Shown: positions 9,511 to 18,858 of the stretch, one piece after another
How positions within the stretch are numbered: the stretch's first letter is position 1
Layout: every line of letters starts with the position of its first letter
Source of the DNA: Thermodesulfobacteriota bacterium
Lineage (GTDB): Bacteria > Desulfobacterota > Desulfobulbia > Desulfobulbales > SURF-16
Direction: 5' to 3'
Length of the DNA stretch: 51,165 bases
Assembly: GCA_040755455.1 (NCBI GenBank)
Contig: JBFMAY010000028.1
Location: 1 to 51,165 of the forward strand
Made by a program: the position numbers and the translations under genes
The notes under the pieces: generated by a model
What the model was told of the DNA's origin: nothing
What the model saw: the letters and a program-made list of their open reading frames with translations, nothing else
The model's database searches: none

Positions 9511-10314
9511 CTAATGCAGCGTATCCATATAGGCCACAAGCTGGGCCGCCAGATCGCTGTTGTCGATCAGCAGAGAAACTTCATGGTTGTATGCCAGGGC
9601 TGAATGGCTCAGGTTGTGGCTGCCGAGAAATGTGTAGCGCCGGTCAATGACCACCATTTTGGCATGGCTGGTGGTGTCGGGCGAGTCAAAGAAAACCAGG
9701 ATGTTGTTCTTGCGCAGCTTGGCGGCAACGTTCTTGTTTTCCCTGGTGAGCGATTCATCAAAACCGGAATTTTCCAGGACAACCCGGACATTGACCCCTT
9801 TTTTGCGGGCGGCGATAAGCTCCTGCACCAGTAATGCCGGTTTGTTGCCGGGCGAGGTGGTTGTCTTGAACAGAAACATGGCCATATCAATGGAATGTTC
9901 GGCGGTTTTGAGGTAATCAACCAGGGTGGTGAAGTATTTGCCGTCCGGCAGGACAGTGATATCGCCGGGAGCGGTGGGGATTTTTGTATGCAGAGCCGCG
10001 GCGTTCCGGCTGTTCTCCCCGGGGGCGCCTGAATCAAGGGTGAGATGGGGTTTGATCGCCGCAAGGGATTTATCCCCGATATCGGCTACCTGAGCGAGCT
10101 GATCAAGGCTGTGGAAGGGGCCGTGGCTCTGGCGGTAGGCGACAATGGCCTGGGCGCGCTTTTCCCCGATAGCGGGCAGCTCCTGCAGCTGCGCCACCGA
10201 TGCGGTGTTGACGTCAATCCGGCCGGTCAGCCCTGGGGCGGTCTCCGGCCGGATGGCCAGCAGCAGCACAACAAACAGCAGGCGGCAGATCTTGCGGGCA
10301 ATGGCGTTTTTCAT
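9511..10314 (-). CDS. Secreted ComEA-type helix-hairpin-helix plus PLD-family (Nuc-like) nuclease fusion
   Basis: Signal peptide; IDVNTAS...LPAIGEKRAQAIVAYRQSHGPF (ComEA HhH); single HKD motif HAKMVVID...GSHN. Confidence 0.85.
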   Translation of the reverse strand: MKNAIARKICRLLFVVLLLAIRPETAPGLTGRIDVNTASVAQLQELPAIGEKRAQAIVAYRQSHGPFHSLDQLAQVADIGDKSLAAIKPHLTLDSGAPGENSRNAAALHTKIPTAPGDITVLPDGKYFTTLVDYLKTAEHSIDMAMFLFKTTTSPGNKPALLVQELIAARKKGVNVRVVLENSGFDESLTRENKNVAAKLRKNNILVFFDSPDTTSHAKMVVIDRRYTFLGSHNLSHSALAYNHEVSLLIDNSDLAAQLVAYMDTLH

Positions 10315-10394
10315 GTTGGGTTGCGAGGCTCTCTGATTTCCGGGTTTCTATTATCAGCCTATACCCGGCAGCCAAAACTCTCAACCCAAAACGC

Positions 10395-10501
10395 CAAACC
10401 AGTGTAATAAAATAATATCGTCGCCTGGTTGTCAGAGACGGCATAAGGAGCCGTAACGAAATAGTTATTAAAGAAACAAGTTATTTCGTAACGGCTCCTA
10501 A
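10395..10501 (+). repeat. Dispersed ~105-bp palindromic element, copy A
   Basis: Core ACGGCATAAGGAGCCGTAA at 10438 and GTTATTTCGTAACGGCTCC at 10480, shared with three other intergenic copies. Confidence 0.9.
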
Positions 10502-10502
10502 A

Positions 10503-12227
10503 CTATTTTTGCGGCCACCAGTCCACCCCGAGGCGGGAGATGACGTTAAAGCCGCCACCCAGCACCAGGGTGTTTTTCCGGCCGATGCTGTCCAGGAAGA
10601 CTTGGATTTCATAGGAGCGCGTGCCGGCATCGCAGATGATGATCAGGGTTTTGTCCGCGGGCAGTTCGTTATAGCGCCGGCGTATCTCGTTATAGGGGAT
10701 GCCCATCCACAGATCGCCGAATTTCCGGGCAAAAGTCTCAACCTCCTTGGGGTGGCGGATATCCAGGGCCAGCCAGTCCGGCCGGGAGCTTGGCGCGGCA
10801 ATCCAGTCAAGGAAATTCTTGATGGCCACGTTGCGCTGCCGGCCACAGGCCATGTTGTCCGCCACGTTGGCCGCGGCGTTGAGGGCGTCGATAGCGGTGG
10901 CAAAGGGCGGCGCATAGGCCATTTCCAGCAGGCTGAAGTCGTCGATGGTGCCGCCCTTGCTGATCAGGGCGGCGGCGGCATTGATCCGGGCCAGCACCGC
11001 GTCATTGGCGGCGCCGAAGGCCTGGACGCCCAGCACCCGCCGGCTCTTGCGGTCAAAAACGAGCTGCATGGGTATTTTTGACTCGGTTGGGAAAAAATGG
11101 GCCCGGTCGGATGGGGCGGAAATGGAGGCATCGGCGGCAAATCCTTCGCCCCTGGCCGTTTCCAGGCTGAGGCCGGTGGCGCCGATGCAGCTCTCAAAGG
11201 CCTTCATGATAAAGCTTCCCACCACGCCGTTGAAGGTGGAGTGGATGCCGGCCAGATTGTCGCCCACCACCCGGCCTTGGCGATTGGCCAGGGAGCCCAT
11301 GGGGGCGAAGAATTTTTTGCCGGTGATGATATTGGTGGTCTCGATGCAGTCTCCGGCGGCATAGATATCGGGATCCGAGGTCTGCAGGCGGTTGTTGACC
11401 ACGATACCCAGCGGCGAAACGAGCAGGCCCGCCTCTTTGGCCAGCTGGGTCCTGGGACGGACGCCGGCGGCCATCACCACGATATCGGTGTCAATGGTCC
11501 GCTTGGGGGTCACCACCCGGCAGGCCTTGCCGTTGCCGTCGGCTTCAATGGCCAGGGCCCCTTCTCCGGTGTAGATATGCACCCCGTGATTGCGCATGTG
11601 GTGCTGCAGCATTGCGGCAAAGGGGGCATCGATGATGCGCGGCAGGACCTGGGGCATGAATTCAATGACCGATGTTTCGGCCCCCCACAGATCGGCAAAG
11701 GCCTCGGCCATCTCCAGGCCGATGGCGCCGCCGCCGATGATTACCGCCTTGCCCACCTTGCCCATAGCCAGCTCGTTTTTGATGGCAATGGCCTTGTGCA
11801 GGTCGCTGATGGTGTATACGCCGGCAAGATCCGCGCCGGGAATGGGCAGGACAAAGGGCTGGCTGCCGGTGGCGATGACCAGTTTGTCATAGGCGAGCGA
11901 GTCCCTGGCGCCGCTTGCCACATCCTCAACCTCCACGCATTTTTTCTGCCGGTCTATGGCCAGTGCCCGGGTTCGGGTGCGCACCTTGACGCCCTTGGCG
12001 TCCTGAAAGAACGTGGCGTCGCGGGTCATGTGAAAACTGGTTTTGCGCAGCTCATCCTCATCGCTGACATCCCCGGACACGTAGTAGGGAATGCCGCAGC
12101 CGCCATAGGATATGAGGCTGTCCTGGTCAAGAATCGTGATATCGGCTTCGGGCAGGAGCCGTTTGCAGTGACAGGCGGTCTTCGGACCTGCGGCAACACC
12201 GCCTATGATGATAATTTTTTTCCCCAT
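10503..12227 (-). CDS. FAD-dependent pyridine nucleotide-disulfide oxidoreductase with a C-terminal rhodanese domain (CoA-disulfide/persulfide reductase, Npsr/CoADR-RHD type)
   Basis: GGVAAG FAD motif, SYGGCGIPY single redox Cys, GGGAIGLE, IYAAGD, AYAPPF and rhodanese ICDAGTRS. Confidence 0.9.
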   Translation of the reverse strand: MGKKIIIIGGVAAGPKTACHCKRLLPEADITILDQDSLISYGGCGIPYYVSGDVSDEDELRKTSFHMTRDATFFQDAKGVKVRTRTRALAIDRQKKCVEVEDVASGARDSLAYDKLVIATGSQPFVLPIPGADLAGVYTISDLHKAIAIKNELAMGKVGKAVIIGGGAIGLEMAEAFADLWGAETSVIEFMPQVLPRIIDAPFAAMLQHHMRNHGVHIYTGEGALAIEADGNGKACRVVTPKRTIDTDIVVMAAGVRPRTQLAKEAGLLVSPLGIVVNNRLQTSDPDIYAAGDCIETTNIITGKKFFAPMGSLANRQGRVVGDNLAGIHSTFNGVVGSFIMKAFESCIGATGLSLETARGEGFAADASISAPSDRAHFFPTESKIPMQLVFDRKSRRVLGVQAFGAANDAVLARINAAAALISKGGTIDDFSLLEMAYAPPFATAIDALNAAANVADNMACGRQRNVAIKNFLDWIAAPSSRPDWLALDIRHPKEVETFARKFGDLWMGIPYNEIRRRYNELPADKTLIIICDAGTRSYEIQVFLDSIGRKNTLVLGGGFNVISRLGVDWWPQK

Positions 12228-12374
12228 GATGTTATCTCCCCTGGCAAGTTTATTTTTAAGACATCCATAAATATAACAGTCGTTTATCTTTCAGTAAGTT
12301 CCGCAACTTATATCGAAATGCGGCCAGTGTCAATCTGATGATTTTAAAATTTTAGAAAATGCTTAAATTCCTGC

Positions 12375-12419
12375 TTGACAAGAGTGGCGCCTGGCCGTAT
12401 ATATGAACATATGCACATA
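12375..12419 (+). promoter_or_regulatory. Sigma70-like promoter with an overlapping palindromic operator
   Basis: TTGACA (12375) N17 TATATA (12398); imperfect palindrome TATGAACATATGCACATA at 12402-12419. Confidence 0.55.
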
Positions 12420-12544
12420 ACTATAGCGCGTTATTTTGAAGATGAAAGGGGAAAAAGGGCGATTATGAAAAAAATCAGGCCATTGCCGGCCAGACCGGCT
12501 TGATGGCGGATCGTGGATTTGGGATTGGGTGGCACCGGCAATCC

Positions 12545-12975
12545 CTGCTGAAAAAACATGGCATGCCCAAGTTCAAGCAGACCACTGTCCCCCGGTTTTC
12601 CGGCCCTGTCCACCGTCGGCGTCCTGGTTGTCTTTGCGGCCGTTGCTTTGAAGGCGCAACAGATTTATGAAAATCCCGGTATTCCCGGGGGGATTTCGCG
12701 CCGTTACTGATTATCTATTCAGTGAATTTTCTGGTCAGCACAATGGCCGGCAGGATTTTGTTCAAGCGGGACGATGCCGTGGCCTGGTGTACGGCACGGT
12801 GATGCGCAATCTGTCCATTGCCCTGGCCATTGCCATTAATGCCTTCGGCGCCCAAGGTGCCAATGCCGCCCTGGTGATCGCCGCCGCGTATATCATTAAG
12901 GTGCAGTCCGCCGCCTGGTATGTCAAATTTACCGATACTATTTTTGGACCGCCTCCAGAGGAGGCCACAGCGTAA
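12545..12975 (+). pseudogene. Degraded Acr3/bile acid:sodium symporter-family transporter (3' remnant, several frameshifts)
   Basis: Successive segments in different frames: LLKKHGMPKFKQ / FPALSTVGVLVVFAAVALKAQQIYENPG / PLLIIYSVNFLVSTMAGRILFKRDDAVA / LVYGTVMRNLSIALAIAINAFG...QSAAWYVK; the N-terminal half is absent. Confidence 0.75.
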
Positions 12976-12992
12976 TCAACAAGGAGAGTGTT

Positions 12993-13388
12993 ATGAAAAA
13001 TGTAAAAATCGCCGTACCGACCAACAATCCGGGGGGCATGGCTGCCACCCGTTCCGATCATTTTGGTCACTGCGACCTGTTTACCCTCATTGATGTGCAG
13101 GACGGCAGGATTGCCGGAGTGGAGACCTTTGCCAATGCGGAACATGCGGCCGGCGGCTGTCTGGTGCCGGTAAAACTGCTTAAGGAGCGCAATGTGGACG
13201 CTCTGGTGGTCGGCGGCATAGGCATGCGCCCCCTGCAGGGTTTCAACGAGGTGGGCATCGATGTATATTTCGCCCCCCGCGAGGATTATCAGGACGTGCA
13301 GACGGTCATAGAAGGTTTTCTGGGGAATAAGCTGCCGGTCATGCAGCCACAGCAGGCCTGTAAAGGCGGGCAGAACTGCCATCACTGA
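12993..13388 (+). CDS. NifB/NifX-family FeMo-cofactor-binding domain protein
   Basis: KIAVPT...SDHFGHCDLF...GGC...VDALVVGGIGMRP; Cys/His tail; RBS AAGGAG. Confidence 0.9.
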   Translation: MKNVKIAVPTNNPGGMAATRSDHFGHCDLFTLIDVQDGRIAGVETFANAEHAAGGCLVPVKLLKERNVDALVVGGIGMRPLQGFNEVGIDVYFAPREDYQDVQTVIEGFLGNKLPVMQPQQACKGGQNCHH

Positions 13389-13394
13389 TTTCTG

Positions 13395-13745
13395 TTAAAT
13401 TTCGTCCTCCGTTTTTTCCTCCTGCCTCAGGTCGGAGACCCTGGCCAGGAGCTGCTGGACCTCGGGAGAGTCTTCCCGGAAAACCAAGGCGGCTCCGGTC
13501 ACCAGGGTCTCCGCCACCTTCTGTCTGGCCCTGGTGAGTATCCGCTGAACGGTGCCTCGGGAAATTCCCATTTTCTGGCCGGCCTGTTCCTGGGTCAACC
13601 CCTCCATATCACAGAGTTTCAATGTTTCCAGCTCGTCGCGCAGCAGATCAATCTTGCGCAGCTTGGTCATGGGAATGCCGGCCGGCTTGAAAGAACGGCC
13701 GCACAATCTGCCTTCGCATAATCGTTTTTTCTTTGGGCGTGTCAC
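13395..13745 (-). CDS. DUF134 DNA-binding protein
   Basis: MTRPKKKR...FKPAGIP...DELETLKLCDMEGLTQEQAGQKMGISRGTVQRIL signature. Confidence 0.92.
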   Translation of the reverse strand: MTRPKKKRLCEGRLCGRSFKPAGIPMTKLRKIDLLRDELETLKLCDMEGLTQEQAGQKMGISRGTVQRILTRARQKVAETLVTGAALVFREDSPEVQQLLARVSDLRQEEKTEDEI

Positions 13746-13897
13746 GTGGTAATTACGGTTAAAAATTAAGGTGAGAAGAGTGGCGGTCCATATGTTTCAT
13801 AACTACATCATACAGGGAAAATTTGTCTAAAAAAAACATAATAATGTTCAATAATCAACCTGACAAAAAATTCATATTTAAAGATAAAGATTTTTTG

Positions 13898-13926
13898 TTG
13901 ACAAAAAGTTGCGAGATGGATAAGTT
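13898..13926 (+). promoter_or_regulatory. Candidate sigma70 promoter of dsrABD
   Basis: TTGACA N17 TAAGTT in the AT-rich region about 150 nt upstream of dsrA. Confidence 0.5.
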
Positions 13927-14072
13927 CGTCAAAACTGAATTACTATTCAGTAATGTGTTTGTTCATTCTGCAGCAGAAAAGTGGAGCGTAATGAGGCGCG
14001 TCATGAACTGATTAGCTGAGGGTGAGCAGGTTAGGCTTACATATTAACAGATCCTTAGGAGGAAACGAGAAA

Positions 14073-15353
14073 ATGCCAAAGCATGATACGCCCTTATTGG
14101 ACGAACTCGAGAAAGGACCATGGCCAAGCTTTGTAACTGATCTGAAGCGTCAGGCCGAAACAAAACCGGAATGCTGGGACATTCTGGGCCAGTTGGAGCT
14201 GTCTTACAAAGACAGGATCACCCACTGGAAACATGGTGGTATCGTAGGTGTATTCGGATACGGCGGTGGTATCGTCGGCCGTTATTCCGACGTGCCCAAG
14301 CAATTCCCCGGTGTAGCGCACTTCCATACCGTGCGTGTCAATCAGCCTTCAGGTTTGTATTACAGCACCAAGAAGCTGCGCGACATCTGTGATCTGTGGC
14401 AGAAGTACGGTTCCGGTATGACCAACATGCATGGTTCAACCGGCGACATGATTTTGCTCGGCACCACAACCCCGAACCTGGAGCCCCTGTTCTATGACCT
14501 GACTCATAATCTGAATCAGGATCTCGGCGGTTCAGGTTCCAACCTGCGTACCCCGGCCTGCTGTCTTGGCAAATCACGCTGCGAGTGGGCATGTTATGAC
14601 ACCCAGGCTCTCTGCCATGCCATGACCAATAAATACCAGGATGAGCTCCATCGCCCCGCTTTCCCATATAAATTCAAATTCAAATTTTCCGGTTGCCCCA
14701 ATGACTGCGTAGCCGCCATCGCCCGCTCAGACTTTGCCGTTATCGGCACCTGGCGTGATGACATCCGCATCAATCAGGCTGAGGTGAAAGGCTACATCGA
14801 TGGCAAATATGCACCCAACGCCGGTGCCCATGCGGGCCGCGACTGGGGTAAATTCGACATCCAGAAAGAAGTTATCGCCCTGTGCCCCACCGGTTGCATG
14901 TGGATGGAAGGCGATACGCTGAAAATCGACAATAAAGAGTGCACCCGCTGCATGCACTGCATCAACGTCATGCCCCGCGCCCTCCGTCCCGGTGCAGAGC
15001 AGGGTGCTACCGTCTGTATCGGCGCGAAAGCCCCGATCCTTGAAGGTGCCCAGTTCGCCACCATGATTGTTCCTTTCATCAAGGTCGATGCTGACAGTGA
15101 ATACGAAGAGGTCACGGAAATCATCGAGAAGGTCTGGGATTGGTGGATGGAAGTCGGTAAGAACCGTGAGCGTGTCGGTGAGACCATTCAGCGCGTCGGT
15201 CTGCCCACCTTCCTCAAGGTTATGGAAGTTGAGCCCATTCCGCAGCATGTGAAAGAACCTCGTTCCAACCCGTACGTATTCTGGCAGGAAGATGAGGTTG
15301 AAGGCGGCTGGGAACGTGATGTTAGAGAGTTCCGTAAACGTCACGCACAGTGA
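14073..15353 (+). CDS. dsrA: Dissimilatory sulfite reductase alpha subunit
   Basis: TPLLDELEKGPWPSFV, THWKHGGIVGVFGYGGG, siroheme CCLGKSRC and GCPNDC, ferredoxin CTRCMHC; ATG at 14073 after AGGAGG. Confidence 0.99.
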   Translation: MPKHDTPLLDELEKGPWPSFVTDLKRQAETKPECWDILGQLELSYKDRITHWKHGGIVGVFGYGGGIVGRYSDVPKQFPGVAHFHTVRVNQPSGLYYSTKKLRDICDLWQKYGSGMTNMHGSTGDMILLGTTTPNLEPLFYDLTHNLNQDLGGSGSNLRTPACCLGKSRCEWACYDTQALCHAMTNKYQDELHRPAFPYKFKFKFSGCPNDCVAAIARSDFAVIGTWRDDIRINQAEVKGYIDGKYAPNAGAHAGRDWGKFDIQKEVIALCPTGCMWMEGDTLKIDNKECTRCMHCINVMPRALRPGAEQGATVCIGAKAPILEGAQFATMIVPFIKVDADSEYEEVTEIIEKVWDWWMEVGKNRERVGETIQRVGLPTFLKVMEVEPIPQHVKEPRSNPYVFWQEDEVEGGWERDVREFRKRHAQ

Positions 15354-15419
15354 TTTACTGCTCCTCAGAAATAATATAACTTAAGCTCTATACTTACTGA
15401 GATATAAGGAGGTATACAT

Positions 15420-16550
15420 ATGGGTTACAATCCAGATAAACCGATGGAAGATAGAATTACAGACCTTGGTCCGCCACTGTATGTTGATTTATTACCGCCG
15501 GTTATTAAAAAGAATTTCGGTCAATGGCTTTACCATGAGATCACCCAGCCCGGTGTATTGATGCATAAAGCTGAGTCCGGTGATGAGTGCTGGACCGTTC
15601 GCGTCGGCGGTGCCCGTCTGATGAGTATTGATCATATCCGTGAGATCTGTGATATCGCTGATAAGCATTGCGGCGGTTATGTCCGCTGGACCACCAGGAA
15701 TAATATCGAGTTCATGGTGGATGACAAAGCGAAAGTTCAGCCTCTGCTCGCCGAACTGGCCAGCCGCGGCAACAAATTTCCTGTCGGCGGCACTGGCGCT
15801 GGCATGTCCGCCATCGTTCATACCCAGGGTTGGGTTCACTGCCATACCCCGGCCACGGATGCTTCCGGTGTGGTCAAGGCTGTTATGGATGAGCTGTTTG
15901 ACTACTTTACCAGCATGACCCTGCCGGCCCAGGTACGTGTTGCTCTGGCCTGCTGTCTGAACATGTGCGGTGCCGTACATGCTTCCGACATCGCTATCCT
16001 CGGTATTCACCGCAAACCGCCGATGATCGACCATGATGCGATCACCGGTCTGTGCGAACTGCCGCTGGCCATTGCCTCATGTCCGCTGGGAGCTGTAAAG
16101 CCGATCAAGGCTACCAACAGCGCCGGTGACGAAGTAAAATCCGTCAAGGTTAACGCCGAGCGTTGTATGTTCTGCGGTAACTGCTACACCATGTGTCCGG
16201 CCATGCCGCTGTCTGATCCCGAGGGTGACGGTATCGCCATTCTGGTCGGCGGTAAGGTATCCAACTCCCGGGCAATGCCTAAATTCTCAAAACTGGTTAT
16301 TCCCTTCCTGCCCAACACTCCGCCGCGCTGGCCCGAGACCGTTGCGGCAGTTAAGCACATTCTCGAGGCCTATGCCAAAGACGCCCGCAAGTATGAGCGT
16401 GTCGGCGAGTGGGCAGAGAGAATCGGCTGGGAAAGATTCTTTGAAAAAACAGGTATTCCTTTTACAATCAAGTCAATTGACGATTACCGTCTGGCTTACG
16501 ATACCTGGAGAACTTCTACGCAGTTCAAGTTCACCAGCCACATTAAGTAA
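15420..16550 (+). CDS. dsrB: Dissimilatory sulfite reductase beta subunit
   Basis: [35 protein letters not shown] and CMFCGNC motifs; RBS AAGGAGG. Confidence 0.99.
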   Translation: MGYNPDKPMEDRITDLGPPLYVDLLPPVIKKNFGQWLYHEITQPGVLMHKAESGDECWTVRVGGARLMSIDHIREICDIADKHCGGYVRWTTRNNIEFMVDDKAKVQPLLAELASRGNKFPVGGTGAGMSAIVHTQGWVHCHTPATDASGVVKAVMDELFDYFTSMTLPAQVRVALACCLNMCGAVHASDIAILGIHRKPPMIDHDAITGLCELPLAIASCPLGAVKPIKATNSAGDEVKSVKVNAERCMFCGNCYTMCPAMPLSDPEGDGIAILVGGKVSNSRAMPKFSKLVIPFLPNTPPRWPETVAAVKHILEAYAKDARKYERVGEWAERIGWERFFEKTGIPFTIKSIDDYRLAYDTWRTSTQFKFTSHIK

Positions 16551-16581
16551 TTGACTGCCATTCAGCGGTCAGGTATTTTGA

Positions 16582-16611
16582 GGGCAGTAGGGCTTAACGG
16601 CTCTGCTGCCC
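16582..16611 (+). other. Intercistronic stem-loop between dsrB and dsrD
   Basis: gggcagtagggc-ttaacg-gctctgctgccc; no U-tract, so more likely an mRNA stability or processing element. Confidence 0.5.
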
Positions 16612-16670
16612 CCTGACTGTTGAAGATTGAAAGCTTACCTGGACCACATACGACAAAAGGAGTAAGTGAC

Positions 16671-16925
16671 ATGGCGTTAAGTAAAGATGAATTAAAGGCA
16701 GCAATTATTGAAAAGGCAACGAAAGCTCCGAAACCACAGCTCTATATTAAAGATTTATACGAATGTGACCCGGCATCTTCACCGCGGGTTATCAAAAACG
16801 TTGCCAATGAGCTGGTGAAGGAAAGCAAGCTGATGTTCTGGTCAAGTGGCAGCACGACAATGTATGCTCTCCCCTCCAGAATCAAGAACGAGGAAACAAG
16901 AGACAAAGCAGAAGAAAATAAATAG
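16671..16925 (+). CDS. dsrD: DsrD (84 aa)
   Basis: KPQLYIKDL...ANELVKESKLMFWSSGSTTMY signature immediately after dsrB; RBS AAGGAG. Confidence 0.96.
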   Translation: MALSKDELKAAIIEKATKAPKPQLYIKDLYECDPASSPRVIKNVANELVKESKLMFWSSGSTTMYALPSRIKNEETRDKAEENK

Positions 16926-16946
16926 TTTTTTTGTGTTTTGTTTTGC

Positions 16947-16983
16947 ATAAAAAAAGCCGCCTGAATAAGGCGGCTTTTTTTAT
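16947..16983. terminator. Bidirectional intrinsic terminator after dsrD
   Basis: ataaaaaaagccgcct-gaata-aggcggctttttttat. Confidence 0.9.
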
Positions 16984-17007
16984 TTGGCTGCTTGCCAGCC
17001 GCCTGTC

Positions 17008-17586
17008 TCAGGCGTGAGCCAGCGCTTCTTCGGCCTTTTTGTTGAGAGCCTCGGCATGCCGCTTATGTTGAAAATTGGTGTGGATTGCTGCCGCAGTGCG
17101 AAAACAGTCAGCCGCCTTCTGCGGATTGCCGGCGGCAAGGTAGACAGCGGCGAGGGTTTCCAGGGTATCAACGGTGCCCTTCGGGTTTCTCATGGCCTGG
17201 TATTGGTCTATGATGTCGAGATACATGTTGATGGCCTCCTCATGCTTACCGCAGTCGGCATGGAGTTTCGCCTTCTTTTTGTCAAGGGTGAAAACGCTGA
17301 TGCTGTCCCCCTGTTCCTGGCAGATGTCGATAACCCGGTTATAGTGCTGCAGGGCTTTAGCGAATTCGCGACGTTTGGCGCAGATGTCGCCGAGCTTGTC
17401 CATGGCGTTGGCCATGCCGTTGATGTCCTGGTTCTGTTCAAAGCCGACCAGGGCGTTATGCAACATGTTGGCTGCCTGGGCCATTTCCTCTTTTTTCAAG
17501 AACTCGAGTCCCTCTTCATAGTCAAGCCGGGCCTGGCTTTTCTCTTCCTGCTTCTGTTCGGGGTTGTACATTCGTAATTCATTCAT
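17008..17586 (-). CDS. Tetratricopeptide repeat protein
   Basis: Repeated helical TPR-like units (MANAMDKLGDIC, EEAINMY, TLETLAAVY); ATG at 17586 after GGAGAAG. Confidence 0.85.
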   Translation of the reverse strand: MNELRMYNPEQKQEEKSQARLDYEEGLEFLKKEEMAQAANMLHNALVGFEQNQDINGMANAMDKLGDICAKRREFAKALQHYNRVIDICQEQGDSISVFTLDKKKAKLHADCGKHEEAINMYLDIIDQYQAMRNPKGTVDTLETLAAVYLAAGNPQKAADCFRTAAAIHTNFQHKRHAEALNKKAEEALAHA

Positions 17587-17618
17587 TTTCTTCTCCAAAA
17601 TAAGCTCACTGCGGCGAT

Positions 17619-17720
17619 TAAACCGATGTATAAAAATATGGTCGTCTGGATAGCAGAGACGGCGTAGGGAACCGTAAAGAAACAGGCAAAATTGTACAAG
17701 TTATTTCCTAACGGCTCTAA
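17619..17720 (+). repeat. Dispersed ~105-bp palindromic element, copy B (most diverged; overlaps the stop codon of the 17717-18856 gene)
   Basis: ACGGCGTAGGGAACCGTAA at 17659 and GTTATTTCCTAACGGCTCT at 17700. Confidence 0.85.
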
Positions 17721-18856
17721 GCACCAGCAGGGTCTGCCATCAGTGACAGGGCTACCCGTGCCAGGTCGCCGACCGTGGTCCGGACGGGCAGGCCGCTTTC
17801 ATAAATGGTAACTTGCGTCGTATCATCTACCTGTTTTTCGATTTCCCCTTTGAGTTCCTGGGCCTTGATGCGGCCCAAGAGCCGTATCGTATAGGCTCTG
17901 GTGATCGGTTCAGGGCTGGTCACATAGGGAAAGACACTGTAGATGGGGGTGCTGCGTACAACTTCCGGGCTTTTGTCAGCAATCGTCCCCATGGCCCAGA
18001 GGACCTGCGTTCTGCTCGATGGGACACCTCGGTACATGAGCAGATGGCGGGCAAAGCCGCCGAAAATATCCGGCCTTGCGGCGATAATGGCGCCTATAGT
18101 CTCCAGGAGCCCCCAGTGGGTTGAGGCCGAATCCGAGCAGGATTCATACATCCTGTGCAGCAGATCGCTGACCGCGCCGGGTTTCCTGGTCGCCAGCCTG
18201 GCGCAGACCTGGCCGATCACATGGGCGCACCACCAGCGTTTCTCTTCATCCGGATCATAGAGCAGACGCTGCATGAAGCTGATGGTTTTGGGGTCATCAA
18301 AACAGGAATCTACCAGGGCATCAATGTCACCGGCAAAAACCAGTTCCCGTATTTCAGCCTTGCCCGCCTTTTTCTTCTTGCGTTTGGGGTCCTTGGCCGG
18401 TTCCATTGGCGGAATGACAAACTTTGACGCCGGCTTGAGCAGCTGTTCATCGGTTTTCTGGCGGTGGTCTTTCAGTTTCTTTGACAGTTCGGCAAAATCC
18501 CGGGTCAGGCGGACAAAGTAGAGGACACCCTTTACCTTGCGGCCGTCAACGCTCCGTGATTCATAAACCTGGTGGCTCTGCTCATCGTAATAATCGATGC
18601 GGCCGGTGAGGTAATCCTCATCCGCCGAGAGTTCCCAGGCAAGATCCCAGTTGTCGTCGCAGGCATAGACCAGGCATTCCACCATGGCAGATCCCACATT
18701 AAAACCGGTGGGGTCGGAGGTGTAGACCGCACCGCATTGGCAGGTGCCGACTTTGAACTCGTTCATTTTCCGTTGCACGGGTTCCTGGGGCTCATTGACA
18801 TCCTGACCGCAGAACGGGCACCAGGGCCTGACTTTGATTAAAGGTTTGTTAGCCAT
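17717..18856 (-). CDS. Cys-rich N-terminal domain plus HEAT/PBS-lyase-like repeats (DVU0298-like conserved sulfate-reducer protein)
   Basis: WCPFCG...CQCGAVY..DPTG N-terminus; helical repeats LLYDPDEEKRWW, ETIGAII, VLWAMGTI, TIRLLGRI. Confidence 0.75.
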   Translation of the reverse strand: MANKPLIKVRPWCPFCGQDVNEPQEPVQRKMNEFKVGTCQCGAVYTSDPTGFNVGSAMVECLVYACDDNWDLAWELSADEDYLTGRIDYYDEQSHQVYESRSVDGRKVKGVLYFVRLTRDFAELSKKLKDHRQKTDEQLLKPASKFVIPPMEPAKDPKRKKKKAGKAEIRELVFAGDIDALVDSCFDDPKTISFMQRLLYDPDEEKRWWCAHVIGQVCARLATRKPGAVSDLLHRMYESCSDSASTHWGLLETIGAIIAARPDIFGGFARHLLMYRGVPSSRTQVLWAMGTIADKSPEVVRSTPIYSVFPYVTSPEPITRAYTIRLLGRIKAQELKGEIEKQVDDTTQVTIYESGLPVRTTVGDLARVALSLMADPAGA

Positions 18857-18858
18857 GG

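Noticed and set aside
11097..12338. 413-aa plus-strand ORF (likewise 19975-21375, 22773-23921, 30177-31202 and 6908-7888)
   Set aside because: Each lies fully antisense to a well-supported gene and has no domain signature
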